This document shows, piece by piece, positions 21,749 through 35,098 of a stretch of DNA of 64,000 nucleotides. Each line of letters begins with the position of its first letter. Position 1 is the stretch's first letter. This DNA comes from Squalus acanthias (taxonomy: Eukaryota): NCBI GenBank assembly GCA_030390025.1, contig CM059433.1:2666001-2730000 (forward strand). Direction: 5' to 3'. The notes beneath the pieces were generated by a model. That model searched no databases, was not told where the DNA came from, and saw nothing but the letters and a program-made list of their open reading frames with translations. The position numbers were made by a program, and so were the translations under genes.

Positions 21749-24700
21749 TGTAATAATTTTGTATGCTTCAATGAGATCCCCTCTCATTCTTCTAAATTCA
21801 AGAGAATACAGGCCTAGGTTACTCAACCTCTTCCCATACGACAGTCCCGCTATCCCAGGAATCAATCTCGTGAACCTTCGTTGCACTCCCTCTATGGCAA
21901 GTATATCCTTCCTTAGGTAAGGAGACCAAAATTGTACACAGTACTCCAGGTGTGGTCTCACCAAGGCCCTATATAATTGGAGTAAGACTTCTTTACTCCT
22001 GTACTCAAATCCTGTTGTAATGAAGGCCAGCATACCATTTGCCTTCCTAATGGCTTGCTGCACCTGCACATTCACTTTCAGTGACTCATGTACAAGGACA
22101 ACCAGGGCCCTTTGAGCATCTGCATTCCCCAATCTTTCACCATTTAGGAAATACTCTGCCTTTCTGTTTTTTCTACCAAAGTGGATAACTTCACATTTAT
22201 CCACATTATATTCCATCTGCCATGTTCTCGCCCACTCACTGAGCCTGTCGAGATCCCCTTGAAGCCTCTTCACATCCTCTTCGCAACTGACACTGCCACC
22301 TAGCTTTGTATCATTAGCAAATGTGGAAATGTTACATTTAGTCCCCTCATCCAAATCATTGATATAGATTGTGAATAGCTGGGGCCCAAGCACCGATCCT
22401 TGCGGTACCCCACTAGTCACAGCCTGCCATCCTGAAAAAGACCCGTTTATCCCTACTCTTTGTTTTCTGTCTGTTAACCAATTCTCAATCCATGCTAGTA
22501 TATTACCCCCAATTCCATGTGCCCTAATTTTGTTCACCAACCTCTTGTGTGGGACCTTATCGAAGGCTTTCTGAAAATCCAGATACACCACATCTACCGG
22601 TTCCCCTTTGTCTACTCCACTAGTTACATCTTCAAAGAACTCCAATAGGTTTGTCAAACAGGATTTCCCTTTCATAAATCCATGTTGACTCTGCCCAATC
22701 TTACTATTAGTTTCTAAGTGCCCAATTATTGCATCCTTTATAATAGATTCCAGCATTTTCCCAACTACTGATGTGAGGCTAACCGGTCTGTAGTTCCCCG
22801 TTTTCTCAGTGTCAGTATCGCGGGGGGGTTGGATGATAGCGGGGGGGTTCGGTGATGTGGGGGATTCGGGGGGGATGGGTTACAGGCTAGCTTGTTGGGC
22901 CTGGAGGAAACACTCCTGCTCCTCCTGGCCCACAAGCAGTGCTGGAAATGCACTCACCTGATGGACCTAGCCCGTCTCGCCTGCTTTTACCTGTCGGGTT
23001 TCCCAACCTAGCCGACTGATGAAATGGAGACACGCAGCCTCCTTTAAAAGGTTTCAATGACCTACCTGCCTCCTGGGAGTGGATTCGTCACCTGTCCCTC
23101 ATCCCGCCTCCGTTACAACGGAAGTGGGCGGGTTCCTGTTTCAGATTTTTTATATTTTAACCTCCCACCTGACCCAAACCCACCCGTTCTGGCGGGTTCA
23201 AATTTCCCCCAGTGTCTCAGTTTAACGTCTCCTCTAACAATGCAACACTCCTTCAGTACTATGCCGAAAGATCAGCCTATTTGAAGTACGAGGGTGAGAC
23301 GTGAAGCTTCTGACACACAAGTCAGAATCTTAACAATGGAGCCAAACTCAGTCGAGCTAGTGCTTTCAATTAAAAAAAACATCCTACCATTTAAATCAGA
23401 TACCGCCTGCTATTTAAATCAATGAACCAATCTTCTCTAACAGCAAAGGCACTATTTATTAAACCAAAGAAACAAACAATCCAGACTTTTTCACAGCCTA
23501 CCTCTTTATAGTAACTGTCTAACCTCATTTCCAACAGCAAATTAATGAGTCACACGTGACTTTTCATTAGGGAGCCATCCAAATTAAAACTTAAAGATAA
23601 ACATTATTCTGCAGAGATCAATTTTACAGCAAGTTGGTTCTGAAATATGTGCACGTTTAAATATTTTCTTATTCAAACTGCAAAAGATTCTATTGTAAAA
23701 ATTGTGGAAAGTCTGAAATACACAAATCAGAGAAGCTTCGTTATGGAATTACAAAATGCAAATATTGTAGAATCGCCATCAAACTAAATGTAATCTGATC
23801 GATGATGGTGCTTCCTATTTGAACGAGATGAGATTTGCCAAACTACGCCGCCCACCTACTGTAAATGTATTTGGTAATGGGAATAGATTGAATTGTGTTC
23901 CCAGTTTAACTGGCGTGCAAACAGGAAATTATGTTTTTTAATTTTTGCTCCCACTTGAGAATTGAGAGTAGGTTGAAGGTCTTGCGTAAATTAGTAATTT
24001 TCTGTTTGAAAGGCCACAGCTGTGGAACTGAGCCAATGTATTTATTACTTAATTATAGATCTAATCATTTGTTGTGTTGTACCTTCTGACAATGATGTCC
24101 ATTCTCCTGATAATGCATCCTTGTGATTCAATCTATTTTTTGTTCTGAGATTTTACCCTCATAAATTCCTGCAGAGATGGGGCAGAATTTCTATCGGGTC
24201 CTCCTGATCCGCTGCTGTAACTCTGGCTGGAAGATCGGTGAAAACCTTGGAGAAATGGTGTAAAAGGCTGCTTATTCCATTTCTCCAGGATTTTACATAG
24301 AATTACATTGAGTTTTACAGCACGGAAACAGGCCGTTCGGCCCAGCGGTCCTATGCCGGTGTTTATGCTCCGAATGAGCCTCCTCGCACCTTACTGCAAT
24401 TCTGCGAATCTTCTGCCAAACGTACAGAGGGAGATCAGGAAAACCCGAGCAGAATTTTCAAGCATTGGTGACCCATTGCCTAAGTGTACTAGGTTCCAAA
24501 CAGTTAAAAAGAAAAACCAGACTGTGACATACACAACATACATTTTTGATGAATCTTCACGCTTCAGTGAAACATTCATGGGTGTTTAGTTTGAATGTAA
24601 CAGTGTTACTAAGATGAATGCTGGTTGCATTATTTTTGTTCAAACTGGGGTAAAACCTTATTTTGAAGAGACTATTATTTCTCCTTACAATATATATACA

Positions 24701-24834
24701 CACAGATAATTTAATCCTGAACACTAAGCAAGTACCTAACAGAGGAGTTTAATTTATTTTCCTGCAGTTGTTACACAACATTTCACATAATAGCAACATG
24801 TTTTCCTAGCATCAGTTGGGCTCAACTTTGTTTA

Positions 24835-25215
24835 ATTCATTCCTGGGATGTGGGCTTCGCTGGCAAGACCAGCATTTATTGCCCATCCCTAGTTGCCCTT
24901 GAGAAGGTGGTGGTGAGCCGCCTTCTTGAACCGCTGCAGTCCGTGTGGTGAAGGTGCTCCCACAGTGCTGTTAGGGAGGGAGTTCCAGGATTTTGACCCA
25001 GCGACGATGAAGGAACGGCCGCTATACTTCCAAGTCAAGATGGTGTGTGACTTGGAGGGGATCTTGGAGGTGGTGGTGTTCCCATGTGCCTGCTGCCCTT
25101 GTCCTTCTAGGTGGAAGAGGTCGTGGGATGGGAGGTGCTGCCGAAGAAGCCTTGGCGAGTTGCTGCAGTGCATCTTGTAGATGGTACACACTGCAGCCAC
25201 AGTGCGCCGGTGGAG
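24835..25215 (-). mobile_element. 3' end of a second CR1/L2-group LINE family
   Basis: HRRTVAAVCTIYKMH...SKSWNSLPNS...LQRFKKAAHHHLLKGN in ORF 24889-25308, followed by a 3' UTR; related 3' sequence at 36290-36715. Confidence 0.75.
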
Positions 25216-25877
25216 AGAGATCCTTTTAGTTTGTTTAGCTGGTTCTCGGACACGTGTGCAAACCTTACCTAAGTCCAGAGGACAATGATGCAAGTTGGCA
25301 AGAGTCAAGTGTTTGGGACGGCAGGTGTTTAACTAGCTAAAACAGCAGACTTACCTGCACAATCACTGGTAAGCTTTCCACTGTTTGACTAGCTAGGACC
25401 ATCCTACGTATTAGGGTATTGGCTTGCAGGGCTATTTGAAACTCGGGGTGGGGGGGGGAAGAATTCCAGCACCCTAGTAACAGTTCTCCTGCTTCAGATC
25501 CCAATAAAGAGCCAAGCTACTTTGTTAATTATCAATAGGGCTTTGGAGTAGTTATGGGATTACCAAACCTGATACGTAGGGTTGACTCAGTTCCAATCTT
25601 CCAGGCCAGGAGTCAAATTATCTCCACTTATCTCCACCCCTCGCCCCCCAGTAAGGATGATAGTCACTAGCTGGTCATTAGACAACTGACAAATGTGTTT
25701 ACTAGCAAATGAAAAAGGATTCGCAAACACTTTTACACTTTAAAGAAAAACTACATTAAATATTCAGGGATTGGCTAACCCTGTTCAGTGGAAGAATGGA
25801 AGGATAGATTTGCATTCACATTTCTTCTCTTGCACAGGAAAGCACATTTTTGTATTTGAATTACTGGCAGGATCCTT

Positions 25878-26382
25878 CAACAACAACAACTTGTATTTAT
25901 ACAGCGCCTTTAATGTAGTAAAACATCCCAAGGCGCTTCACAGGAGCGTTAACAGACGGAATTTGACACCGAGCCACACAAGAGATATTAGGGCTTGGTC
26001 AAAGAGGTAGGCTTTAAGAAGCATCTTAACAAAGGAAAGAGAGGTAGAGAGGAGAGGTTTAGGGAGGGAATTCCAGAGCTTAGGCCTTCGGCAGCTGAAG
26101 GCACAGCCATCAATGGTGGAGCGATTAAAATCAGGGATGCGCAAGAGGGCAGAATTGATGGAGCGCAGAGATCTCGGGGGGGTTGTAGGGCTGGAGGAGA
26201 TTACAGAGATAGGGAGGGGCGAGGCCATGGAGGGATTTAAAAACAAGGATGAGAATTTTTAAATCGAGGCGTTGCTTAACCGGGAGCCAATGTAGGTCAG
26301 CGAGCACAGGGGTGATGGGTGAACGGGACTTGGTGCGAGTTCGGACACAGGCAGCCGAGTTTTGGATGAACTCAAGTTTATG
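25878..26382 (-). mobile_element. L2 LINE 3' end
   Basis: IQNSAA..TRTKSRSPITPVLADLHWLPVKQR; PKLWNSLP; (caa)n tail. Confidence 0.9.
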
Positions 26383-26719
26383 TGTTGTACCCTCAAAGCC
26401 TAACACAGCTGCTCTCCTGTAAACTGTTGTCACTGTGTTTGTGTATCTATATCAATCTATTATATATTAAAATCACTAGATTGCAATATTACATTTCAAA
26501 GTGCAGTGATAAGTCCTACATCATACTATCCCAATGGGAAAATGCATTATAAAAATATCAACATCTGTCTCCTGTACCAATGCCTGTAGGCGGTGCTATG
26601 ATGGGGCTATTGAGTCCGTGGTAATGAAAATTGGGAGAGATGTACCACGGGCGGTTGAATCGATAGCACCCGTGTTACACTATCGCCCAAAGTCAAAATT
26701 ACTCCCAATGGCTTTAAAT

Positions 26720-27440
26720 TAAGGCATCGTGAGAGCTTCTAGGGGAACAGGATGTGGTTGTGTCCCATGTCAGATAGGACACAGCATTGTGCATAGAAGC
26801 TTGAATGGCAACTTGGGTGCTGTTGATGAACCTTTGAATTCTGGGATAGTCAGTTATCCTGTAGATTTGCGTCGGCCTCATGCTTCTGTGGTCCAGTGGT
26901 GAAAGTGATGTAGTTATTGACCCTCCTGAATGATGCATCTGTGACTGGCTTTATACATCTATGGACAGTAAATTGTCCAACACTGCAGATGTCCCCACTG
27001 CTAGCCTGGAAGGATCTCGGTACATAAAAATTGAGTGCCGCACGTGCTTCTCTGCTGAACCTCATCCTCCTAAGGCACATTTTTACTGTAGTTACTAGGT
27101 AGCTGTGCCTAGTACAGGAGAGCAGCTGTGTAGTGGAGTGGTAGGATTTGATGGTATAGTCCATATCATTAGTGCACTGACCTGACCTCACTCAAGTTCA
27201 TGGTGGCCTGAATAAGTTGGATCAGGAAACTTCTTTGCAGACACAGCAATTGATGCAGTTTTGACCTTGGCAACCGTCGGCAATGCCGCCCCTCTGTTGT
27301 AACTGGCTGTAGGTGTCCTTGGTGCAGATGGTAAAACTCAGCAACTGGCTCCCTGTTGACCCAGAGCAAGTTCAGGCACATGTCCTCAATCAATGTGCCT
27401 GGGTCTGCAAATAAGATCTTGTGCTTTCTGGTTGCCTGGC
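26720..27440 (-). pseudogene. Degraded Harbinger transposase N-terminal fragments
   Basis: CLRRMRFSRE..ALNFY...SFQASSGDI..VGQFTVHRCIKPVTDA matches the transposase at 44391+. Confidence 0.7.
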
Positions 27441-28296
27441 CATGTCTTCTTTCATCCAATTAAATATTGGGAAAACCGAAGCCATTGTTTTCGGTCCCTG
27501 CCACAAACTCCGTTCCCCAGCCACTGACCCCATCCCTCTCCCTAACATCTGTCTGAGGCCGAACCACATTGTTCGCAACCTTGGTGTCATATTTGACCCT
27601 GAAATGAGCTTCCGACCACATATCCGCAGCATAACAAAGACCGCCTACTTCCACCTCCGTAACATCGCCCGACTCTGCCCCTGCCTCAGCTCATCCGCTG
27701 CTGAAACCCTCATCCATGCCTTTGTTACCTCTAGACTTGACTATTCCAATGCACTCCTGGCTGGCCTCCCACATTCCACCCTACATAAACTTGAGGTCAT
27801 CCAAAACTCGGCTGCCCGTGTCTTAACTCGCACCAAGTCCCGTTCGCCCATCACCCCTGTGCTCGCTGACCTACATTGGCTTCCGGTTAAGCAAAATTCT
27901 CATCCTTGTTTTCAAATCCCTCCATGGCCTCGCCCCTCCCTATCTCTGTAATCTCCTTCAGCTCCACAACCCCCCCAAGATATCTGCGCTCCTCTAATTC
28001 TGCCCTCTTGAGGATCCCTGATTATAATCGCTCAACCTTTGGTGGCCGTGCCTTCTGTTGCCGAGGCCCTAAGCTCTGGAATTCCCTCCCTAAACCTCTC
28101 CACCTCACTACCTCTCTTTCCTCCTTTAAGACGCTCCTTAAAACCTACCTCTTTGATCAAGCTTTTGGTCACCTGCCCTAATTTATCCTTATGTGGCTCG
28201 ATGTCAAATTTTGTTTGATAATATTCCTGTGAAGAGCCTTGGGATGTTTTACTACGTTAAAGGCGCTATATAAATACAAGTTGTTGTTGTTGTTGT
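27440..28296 (+). mobile_element. L2 LINE 3' part
   Basis: QLNIGKTEAI, VRNLGVIFD, LIHAFVTSRLDYSNALLAGLP; (gtt)n tail. Confidence 0.92.
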
Positions 28297-29268
28297 TTCT
28301 GCAGCATCTGAACCAATAAAACCTGTAACATGAGGTACTTTTAAAACAAAGTTACCTTAAGAAATGCAGCCAAAGATTTTCTGCCAAAGTTTTCTATCAA
28401 AAATTGTATTAAAAACTTCACGTATGGAAAAATTGTTCAATAAAAACAATACTATACTGTCAGGGTAGCGCAAAAGGTGAGAAAAAACAAAGCCTGTTCT
28501 CCTTGAATAGCTCTATTACCCTTGGAATTTGCTTTCATTCCAAATGCTTGCTGAAGAGAAAAAAAAAAGCAAATCAAAGACAAAGATTGTACCAGGTGTT
28601 CATTTAAATTCAAAGCTGGGGCCTTAATGAGGCTGAAGCTTGAAAGAAGTCTCTCTGGGGTCGAGGTGACTCCAAGATGTCATGCCCAGCAATGGCAGCT
28701 TGGAAGCAAGTCAACCCTCTGTGGCCGCCTCGGTAATCTGAAACCTGAGGCAGGCAGGTTTTCAGTACTCCAGGCCGCCCTTTGATAGTCAACCGGCCAA
28801 ACCAGCTCTGTAGAGGAGCTCGGAAGAGCAGCCCTATCACTGGTGACTGATTGTCTTCCTGCTTGATGCCAGATAACCATACAGAGCAAATGAATAAGGT
28901 GGTCCTCGGTGGACAAGCAGCGGGAAACTTACCAATTTACTCTGACAAGCTGCATTGTTTTAGCTAGATAAACTCCAGCAGTACTCTTGTATCCACTTGA
29001 GAGTGGCTAAACTTCATCAATCTCTGCCCAAGCTCTCTGGACTCTGAATGATGTCAATATTAGGACAAAGTGTGCCTGCCCTAGTAAACCCTACAAGTAG
29101 ATGCAGATTTCCCAGTAGCTTGTATTGGAAACTATTAAACACGGTGATGGATTTTTGTGTGTGCCAGATAACCAAAAAATAGAATATAAGAAAGTTTGCT
29201 TGTATGCAGATACTGGCAGGAAAAATAAGGAAAGACAGTAATCCATGTGAATGAGTGAGAAAGAAAAA

Positions 29269-29992
29269 GGTCTCGAAATTCGATCACGCAGCGCCCCTTT
29301 TTCTCGTGTAGGCAAAAAAGAAATTGGAGTCCAGGGCCAATGCCTGAAACAACGGTTAGTCTCTGCACAGTCAAATAAGGGGCCGACCAACTGTGTGAGG
29401 CCACTTGTGCAATATTGGGTCACCTTGAACACAGCTGGTGGCAGACTAACTGAGCTCAGGAAAACCAGATCTACATGTGGCTGCAACCAACGAGGTAAAT
29501 CTTTAAAATATACTCAGCTGAATGTGGAGCCGGGAGGAGCAGGACTCTTCCCGACCCCGCATTCAATCCACACGGGCCACTGCTGGCCACCCCATCTCAA
29601 TCTCAACCCCCCACCCCCTGCCAATTCTGGCCTCTGCCCTCCTAAATCCTAACCTCTGCCCGCCACCCACCCTTCCCCAGTCACTGCTACCTATCACCCC
29701 CCCGGTCACTGCTATCTATCGCCTCCCGGCCACCGTCAGCCTCTCGACCAGATCACCCTCCCTCCCCATCGTCCCCTTTAAGGACTTACTTGAGGGCTGT
29801 TGATTGTGTCACAGTGGCCCGATCTTCGATTCCTCTTCACTGGCGATCTGCTTGGGCACACCTACTAGGTGTTGATCACAATGAGGCCCGTTGGCCAATA
29901 TTACCTGTGCCTCAGACCGTTCCATTAAGGCGTGGCGCTCGCTCCCTGCCCCCCTGCACGCCCATTTTTGTGCGTGCTCGAATTTCTAGGCC
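29269..29992. mobile_element. Harbinger-type MITE
   Basis: Inverted ends ggtctcgaaattcga / tcgaatttctaggcc; no clean TSD. Confidence 0.6.
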
Positions 29993-31254
29993 TTCTGTTT
30001 GTCATGACTTTTCTCTGTGTTGATATAGCATATTAACAAGTCACAAATACATTCTGGTGTTTTAATAACGGAAATTAGACCTGTTTAATGATTGTATTTG
30101 CACCATTGTGTGTCAAATTTTAAGCTTTAGAAGATCATAGAATCAGGGAATGATACAGCACAGAAGGAGGCCATTCGGCCCATCGTGCCTGTGCCGACTC
30201 TGAACGAGCTCTCCAATTAGTCCCACAACCCTGCTCTTTCCCCATAACCCTGCAAAATTTTCCCCTTCAAAGTATTTATCCAATTCCCTTTTAAAAGTTA
30301 TTATTGTATCTGCTTCCACCACCCTTTGAGGCAGTGCATGTGTGAAAGAAAAATAGATTGGATATATGCATCCTACTTGAGGGCATAAACAAGCATTACC
30401 AAACGTCGAGTGCCTGGGGCACATTTTTGACTCGTGAGTATAAATACGGACATTGTCATGTTCTGTTCAGGTCTTCAAAAATTCTGTCAAACTGTTGGTT
30501 GAATTCAGCATTTGGTATTTGATTGAATAATTCTATTTTTTATACTGATGAGAAGCTTCTTTCTGGTGCCGTTGTCTCATTGCTTAGAACATCTCATGCA
30601 GACCTGTTCACTAAATACTCTTGAGCCCTGAAATTATGCCATGAGACACTAGTGCATGAATGCTCAACCATTTGCCTGAAATTCCTCTCCATTATTTTAG
30701 TGGAGGTTATAACCCATATCTTTAAAACAAGAAAATGCCACAGCTAAAATAGTAGGGAGAGGGATTGAAGATGAATGCATTAAGTATTTGCATGCATGTA
30801 GCTCATGGTGTAATTTTGGGGCCGTGGAGAAGTGGTTGAACTTCCGTGAGGGTTCGCTCCGTTGTCCGTCATAACTTTGGAAGATCTGAGGATATCTTGG
30901 AGGGACGGCGTATATACCATTTACAGTATTTCTCTGGGGTTTACACAGATCTTCCACCAAAGTTATGACAAAGACACACCCAGCCCAGTCAGTCCTGCAT
31001 AGGAAGAGGAGTGGGGCATTCAGCCCCTCAAAGCTGTCCCGCCATTCAGTTAGATCATGGCTGATCTCTATTTTAATCCCATCTACCCACCTTGTTTCTG
31101 TAACCCTTAATACCCTTGCCTAACAAAAAAACTATCAAAGTCAGTTTTTACATTTTCAATTGACCTAGCTTCAACAGGGGGAGAGAATTTCAGATTTTCA
31201 GTACCCATTGTGTGAAGAAGCGCATTCTGACATCACCCCTGAACGGCCTAGCTC

Positions 31255-32870
31255 TCATTTGGACTGGTTGGGAGAGCTGTCCCACAGACTAGTCAAGCAA
31301 CAGCCTGACATAGTGAATCATACCTTTCAGCCAATGTCCCAGACTCCTCCATCACCATCCCTGGGTACATCCTGTCCCACTGGCAGGACAGACCCACCAG
31401 ATGTGGGGCACAGTGGTATACAGTTGGGTGGGAGTGGCCCTGGGAGTCCACAGCATTTACTTTGGATTCTTTGAAGTCTCATGGCTTCAGGTCAAACATG
31501 GGCAAGGGAACCTCCTGCTGATTACCACCCTCTGTCAGCAGATGAATCAGTAATCCTCCATGTTGAACACCACTTCGAGGAAGCACTGAGGGTAGCAAGG
31601 GCAAAGATTGTACTCTGGGTGGGAGACTTTAATGTCCATCACAATGAGTTGCTTGGTAGTACAATCACTTACTGAGCTGAAGGATATAGCTGGCAGACTA
31701 GTCTTGCGGCAGGTGGTGATAACACGAGGAACTAACCTACTTGACCTCGCCCTCACCAATCTACCTGTCACAGATGCATCTGTCCATGACAGTATTGGTA
31801 GCAGTGACTACCGCACAGTCCTTGTGGAGATGAAGTCCCGTCTTCACACTGAGGACACCCTCCATCGTGTCATGTGGCACTACCACCATGCTAAATGGGA
31901 TAGATTAAGAACATATCTTGCACTTCAAAATTGGGCATCCATAAGGTGCTGTGTGCCATCAGCAGCAGCAGAATTGTATTCCACCACAAGCTGTAGCCTC
32001 ATGGCCCGGCGTATCCCTCACTCTTCCATCACCAATAAGCCAGGTGACCAACCCTGGTTCAATGAGGAGTGTAGAAGAGCATGCCAAGAGCAGCACCAGG
32101 CATGTCTGAAAAAGATGTGCCAACCTGGTGAAGCTACAATACAGGACTATATGCATGTTAAACAGTGGAAGCAACATGCTATAGACAGGGCTAAGTGATC
32201 CTACAGCCAACAGATCAGGTCAAAGCTCTGAGGTTCTGTCACATCCAGTTGTGAATGGTGGTGGACCATTAAACAGCTAACGGGAGGAGGAGGCTCCATG
32301 AATATCCCCATCCTCAATGATGGTGGAGCTCAGCACGTGAGTGCAAAAGACAAGGCTGATATGTTCACAACCATCTTTAGCCAGAAGTGCCGAGTGGATG
32401 ATCCATATCGGCCTTCTCCTGAGGCACCCACCATCGCAGATGCCAGTCTTCAGCCAATTCAACTCACCCCATTGGGCCTCAAGAAACGGCTGAGCCTTTA
32501 CACAGTAAAGACTATGGGCCCCGACAATATTCTAACTGTGGTGCTGAAGACCAATGTTCTAGAATAAGTCACTGCCTTAGCCAAGCTGTTCCAGTGTAGC
32601 TTCATCACTGGCATCTACCTGACCATGTGGAAAACTGCCCAGGTATGTCCTGTCCACAAAAAGCAGGACAAATCCAATCCAGCCAATTACCGCCCCATCA
32701 GCCTACACCCAATCATCAGCAAAGTGATCGAAGGTGTCGTCGACAGTGCTATCGAGCGGCACTTACTCACCAATAACCTGCTCACCAATGCTCAGTTTGG
32801 GTTCCACCAGAACCACTTGGCTCCAGACCTCATTACAATCTTGGTTTAAACATGGGCAGACGAGCTGAAT
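31255..32870 (+). mobile_element. Degraded LINE ORF2 (APE endonuclease to RT start), CR1/L2-group family distinct from the main CR1
   Basis: WVGDFNVHH, TRGTNLLDLALTN, QPWFNEEC, MGPDNI, NPANYRPISL; several frameshifts and stops. Confidence 0.85.
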
Positions 32871-33911
32871 TTCACTTTGGATGTTATGAGGATCTTGATG
32901 CCATTTTCATTAGTGTAGCGACCACTGAATGCTGGACCCATCCAGTAATCCAGGCAGGCACCATCTGCAAATAGCCAATTCAGGCACTATTTAAAGGGCT
33001 ACTCACCTGCAAGCACTCAGATCATTGCAGATCCTTACGCTGCTCAAATGGTCTATAAGCCAAGAGGGGGAGATGGTTATGTGCAAGAACGTGCCTCTAG
33101 TGTGAAAGCAGTTAGCAGAACAGCAAAATGCATTCCAGTCGTTCGCAGGTAAAAACAGAATGCTGTTTGTGCCAGTTCTGAGGGCTGAAGCAGGTGGAGA
33201 TTGTCTGATTAGAAGCAGAAGGGGAAGTGGTGCAGCGTCGCATTGTGATGGCAGCAGAAGCATGTGGAATGGGGGAAGGAAAGGTTGGGAGTGCTGGGAG
33301 GGGCAAGTGTGTCAATTCAGGGCATCATTCACAGGAGAAGACAGATGAAGAAATCAATCTCACTTCTCTGATTTAGTGATCCAAATGCATCCACACTCCA
33401 CTGTGGTCCTGTGGACTACCTGAACTTCTGTCCAGTGGTGAGTATGCCTTCCATTTGACTGTGGAACAGGAAATATGTACTTGAAAGGATGCTCGTGAGC
33501 AAAGACAGAAAAGGACTTCATTGTAATTAGAACACAAAAAACATTAAGAAATTTGGAATAAGAAAAAGCCATTAGGTCCAACAAGCCCATCCCCTTTTCA
33601 CAGATCAAACCCATCTGCTTGCCTTACTTGCCTTCTCACTATCGGGTAAATTCAATGATTCTGCCTCCAAGTGCTTGAAGGAAGGACCATTGAAAATAGG
33701 GCGACAGCACTATAGCGACGCGCTCCAACCCATTCTCCCTTTAAATGCAGTTTTGCACAGGGAGTTTTATGCCAATGACTACACCAATGAGAATGTAAAT
33801 AAGCAGACCCAGGAAACCCAGGTGTAACTTCCTCTGCAAGCCACCGGTGGGTGCAAATACTTTTGTTTTAAAAGGCAACATATCTCATGTCGATGAAATT
33901 TCAGGCCCTAA

Positions 33912-34333
33912 TTAATTAGAGAAGCTGGATTTGTTTTCATTAGAGCAAAGGAGGTTGTGGGGTGATTTGATAGAGGTGTACAAGATTATGACTGGTTTGG
34001 ATAGGCTAGACGGGGAAAGGCTGTTCCCACTAGTTGATGGTACAAGGACTAGGGGACACAGATTTAAGGTTTTGGGCAAGAGATACAGGGGGACTTGAGG
34101 AAAAAACTTTTTTACACAGCGAGTGGTGAGGACCTGGAACTCGCTGCCGACGGAAGTGTGGAAGCGGAGACACTCAATGTTTTCAAGGGGAGACTGGATG
34201 GGCACTTGAGGGAAATAAACTTGCAGGGCTACGGGGATAGAGCGGGGGAATGGGACTGACTGGATTGCTCTACAGAGAGCCGGCACGGACTCGATGGGCC
34301 GAATGGCCTCCTTCTGTGCTGTTATGACTCTAT
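33912..34333 (+). mobile_element. CR1 LINE 3' end
   Basis: Matches 4988-6070 in reverse; tatgactc tail. Confidence 0.85.
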
Positions 34334-35098
34334 GGGCTGGATTTTGTCAGCCCCGAGGAGGTGGGTATGGAGGTGGGACTGCCGGTAAAGGGAAGCCGTC
34401 CTGCCCCGGGTCCCGTCTCCTCGAGGCGGGAAAGGGACTAAATCCTATTAACTGCCTGTTAACAGGTAGTGAACAGGCAGAAAATAGGATTAGCCCCATT
34501 TTTCATCCAAAGTGCAAGCTTCCCAACCTCTGGGAACCCCGCCAGGGTGTAGGAGGTCTGCGGGGGTCGGAGGAGTCTGAAAGTACAATGTAGAGGTGAG
34601 TGATGGGTGCAAGTGTGGAGTGGTAAGTATGTAAGGAGAGTGTAAAGTGTTAGAAAATGTTCACTTACCTTTGTTTCTGCCTACAGCCTTCAGCCGCTGT
34701 GGAGCCGGAGTCCCGACATCTCCATTGTAGATTTCACAGACTGGCTGTTGGATCCTCCGAACCAACAGCCAGGTGATTTCTGCAAACTTGAAAGGTTTGA
34801 TGAATCCTGAACACAAGAACTCATCAAACTACACAGAATGTCAATGTTTGACAGCTTCACAGAGCTGTCAAACGCTGACATTTCTTCTTTCAAAAAATTT
34901 TGACAGATGGCACATCATACGTTGACGTGCTCTGTTAGTGACTTCCCCATAATTGGCCTGCTGAGCCCGCTGGGCGGGCTTAACAAGGTCAATCAGGGGA
35001 AAATCCCGTTGGTTGGCCAGAAGCTGATGGAGGCGGGATTGAAAGCTGGCAAACAGCAGTCCCACCTCCAAAAGCTTCTCATTGACAAAATCCAGCCC
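34334..35098 (+). mobile_element. Harbinger-type MITE
   Basis: Perfect 16-bp inverted ends GGGCTGGATTTTGTCA; flanks TAT / AAT. Confidence 0.8.

Larger units (their letters stand above)
16715..22806 (-). mobile_element. 5'-truncated CR1 LINE (RT domain) interrupted by a full-length CR1 and a palindromic insert
   Basis: ORF 21656-22756 (RT, FANDTK variant). Pieces 21354-21575 and 16715-16876 complete it when compared with the close paralogue at 58235-59450. Confidence 0.92.
16463..23210. mobile_element. MITE-like host element split by CR1 insertion (16463-16714 and 22807-23210)
   Basis: G-rich body continues on both sides; right end aaatttccccc; homologous to 54346-56040 in reverse. Confidence 0.55.

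Noticed and set aside
30545..30632. C/D box snoRNA or hammerhead (ctgatga...ctga)
   Set aside because: Imperfect C box, no convincing terminal stem, no stem II plus GAAA.
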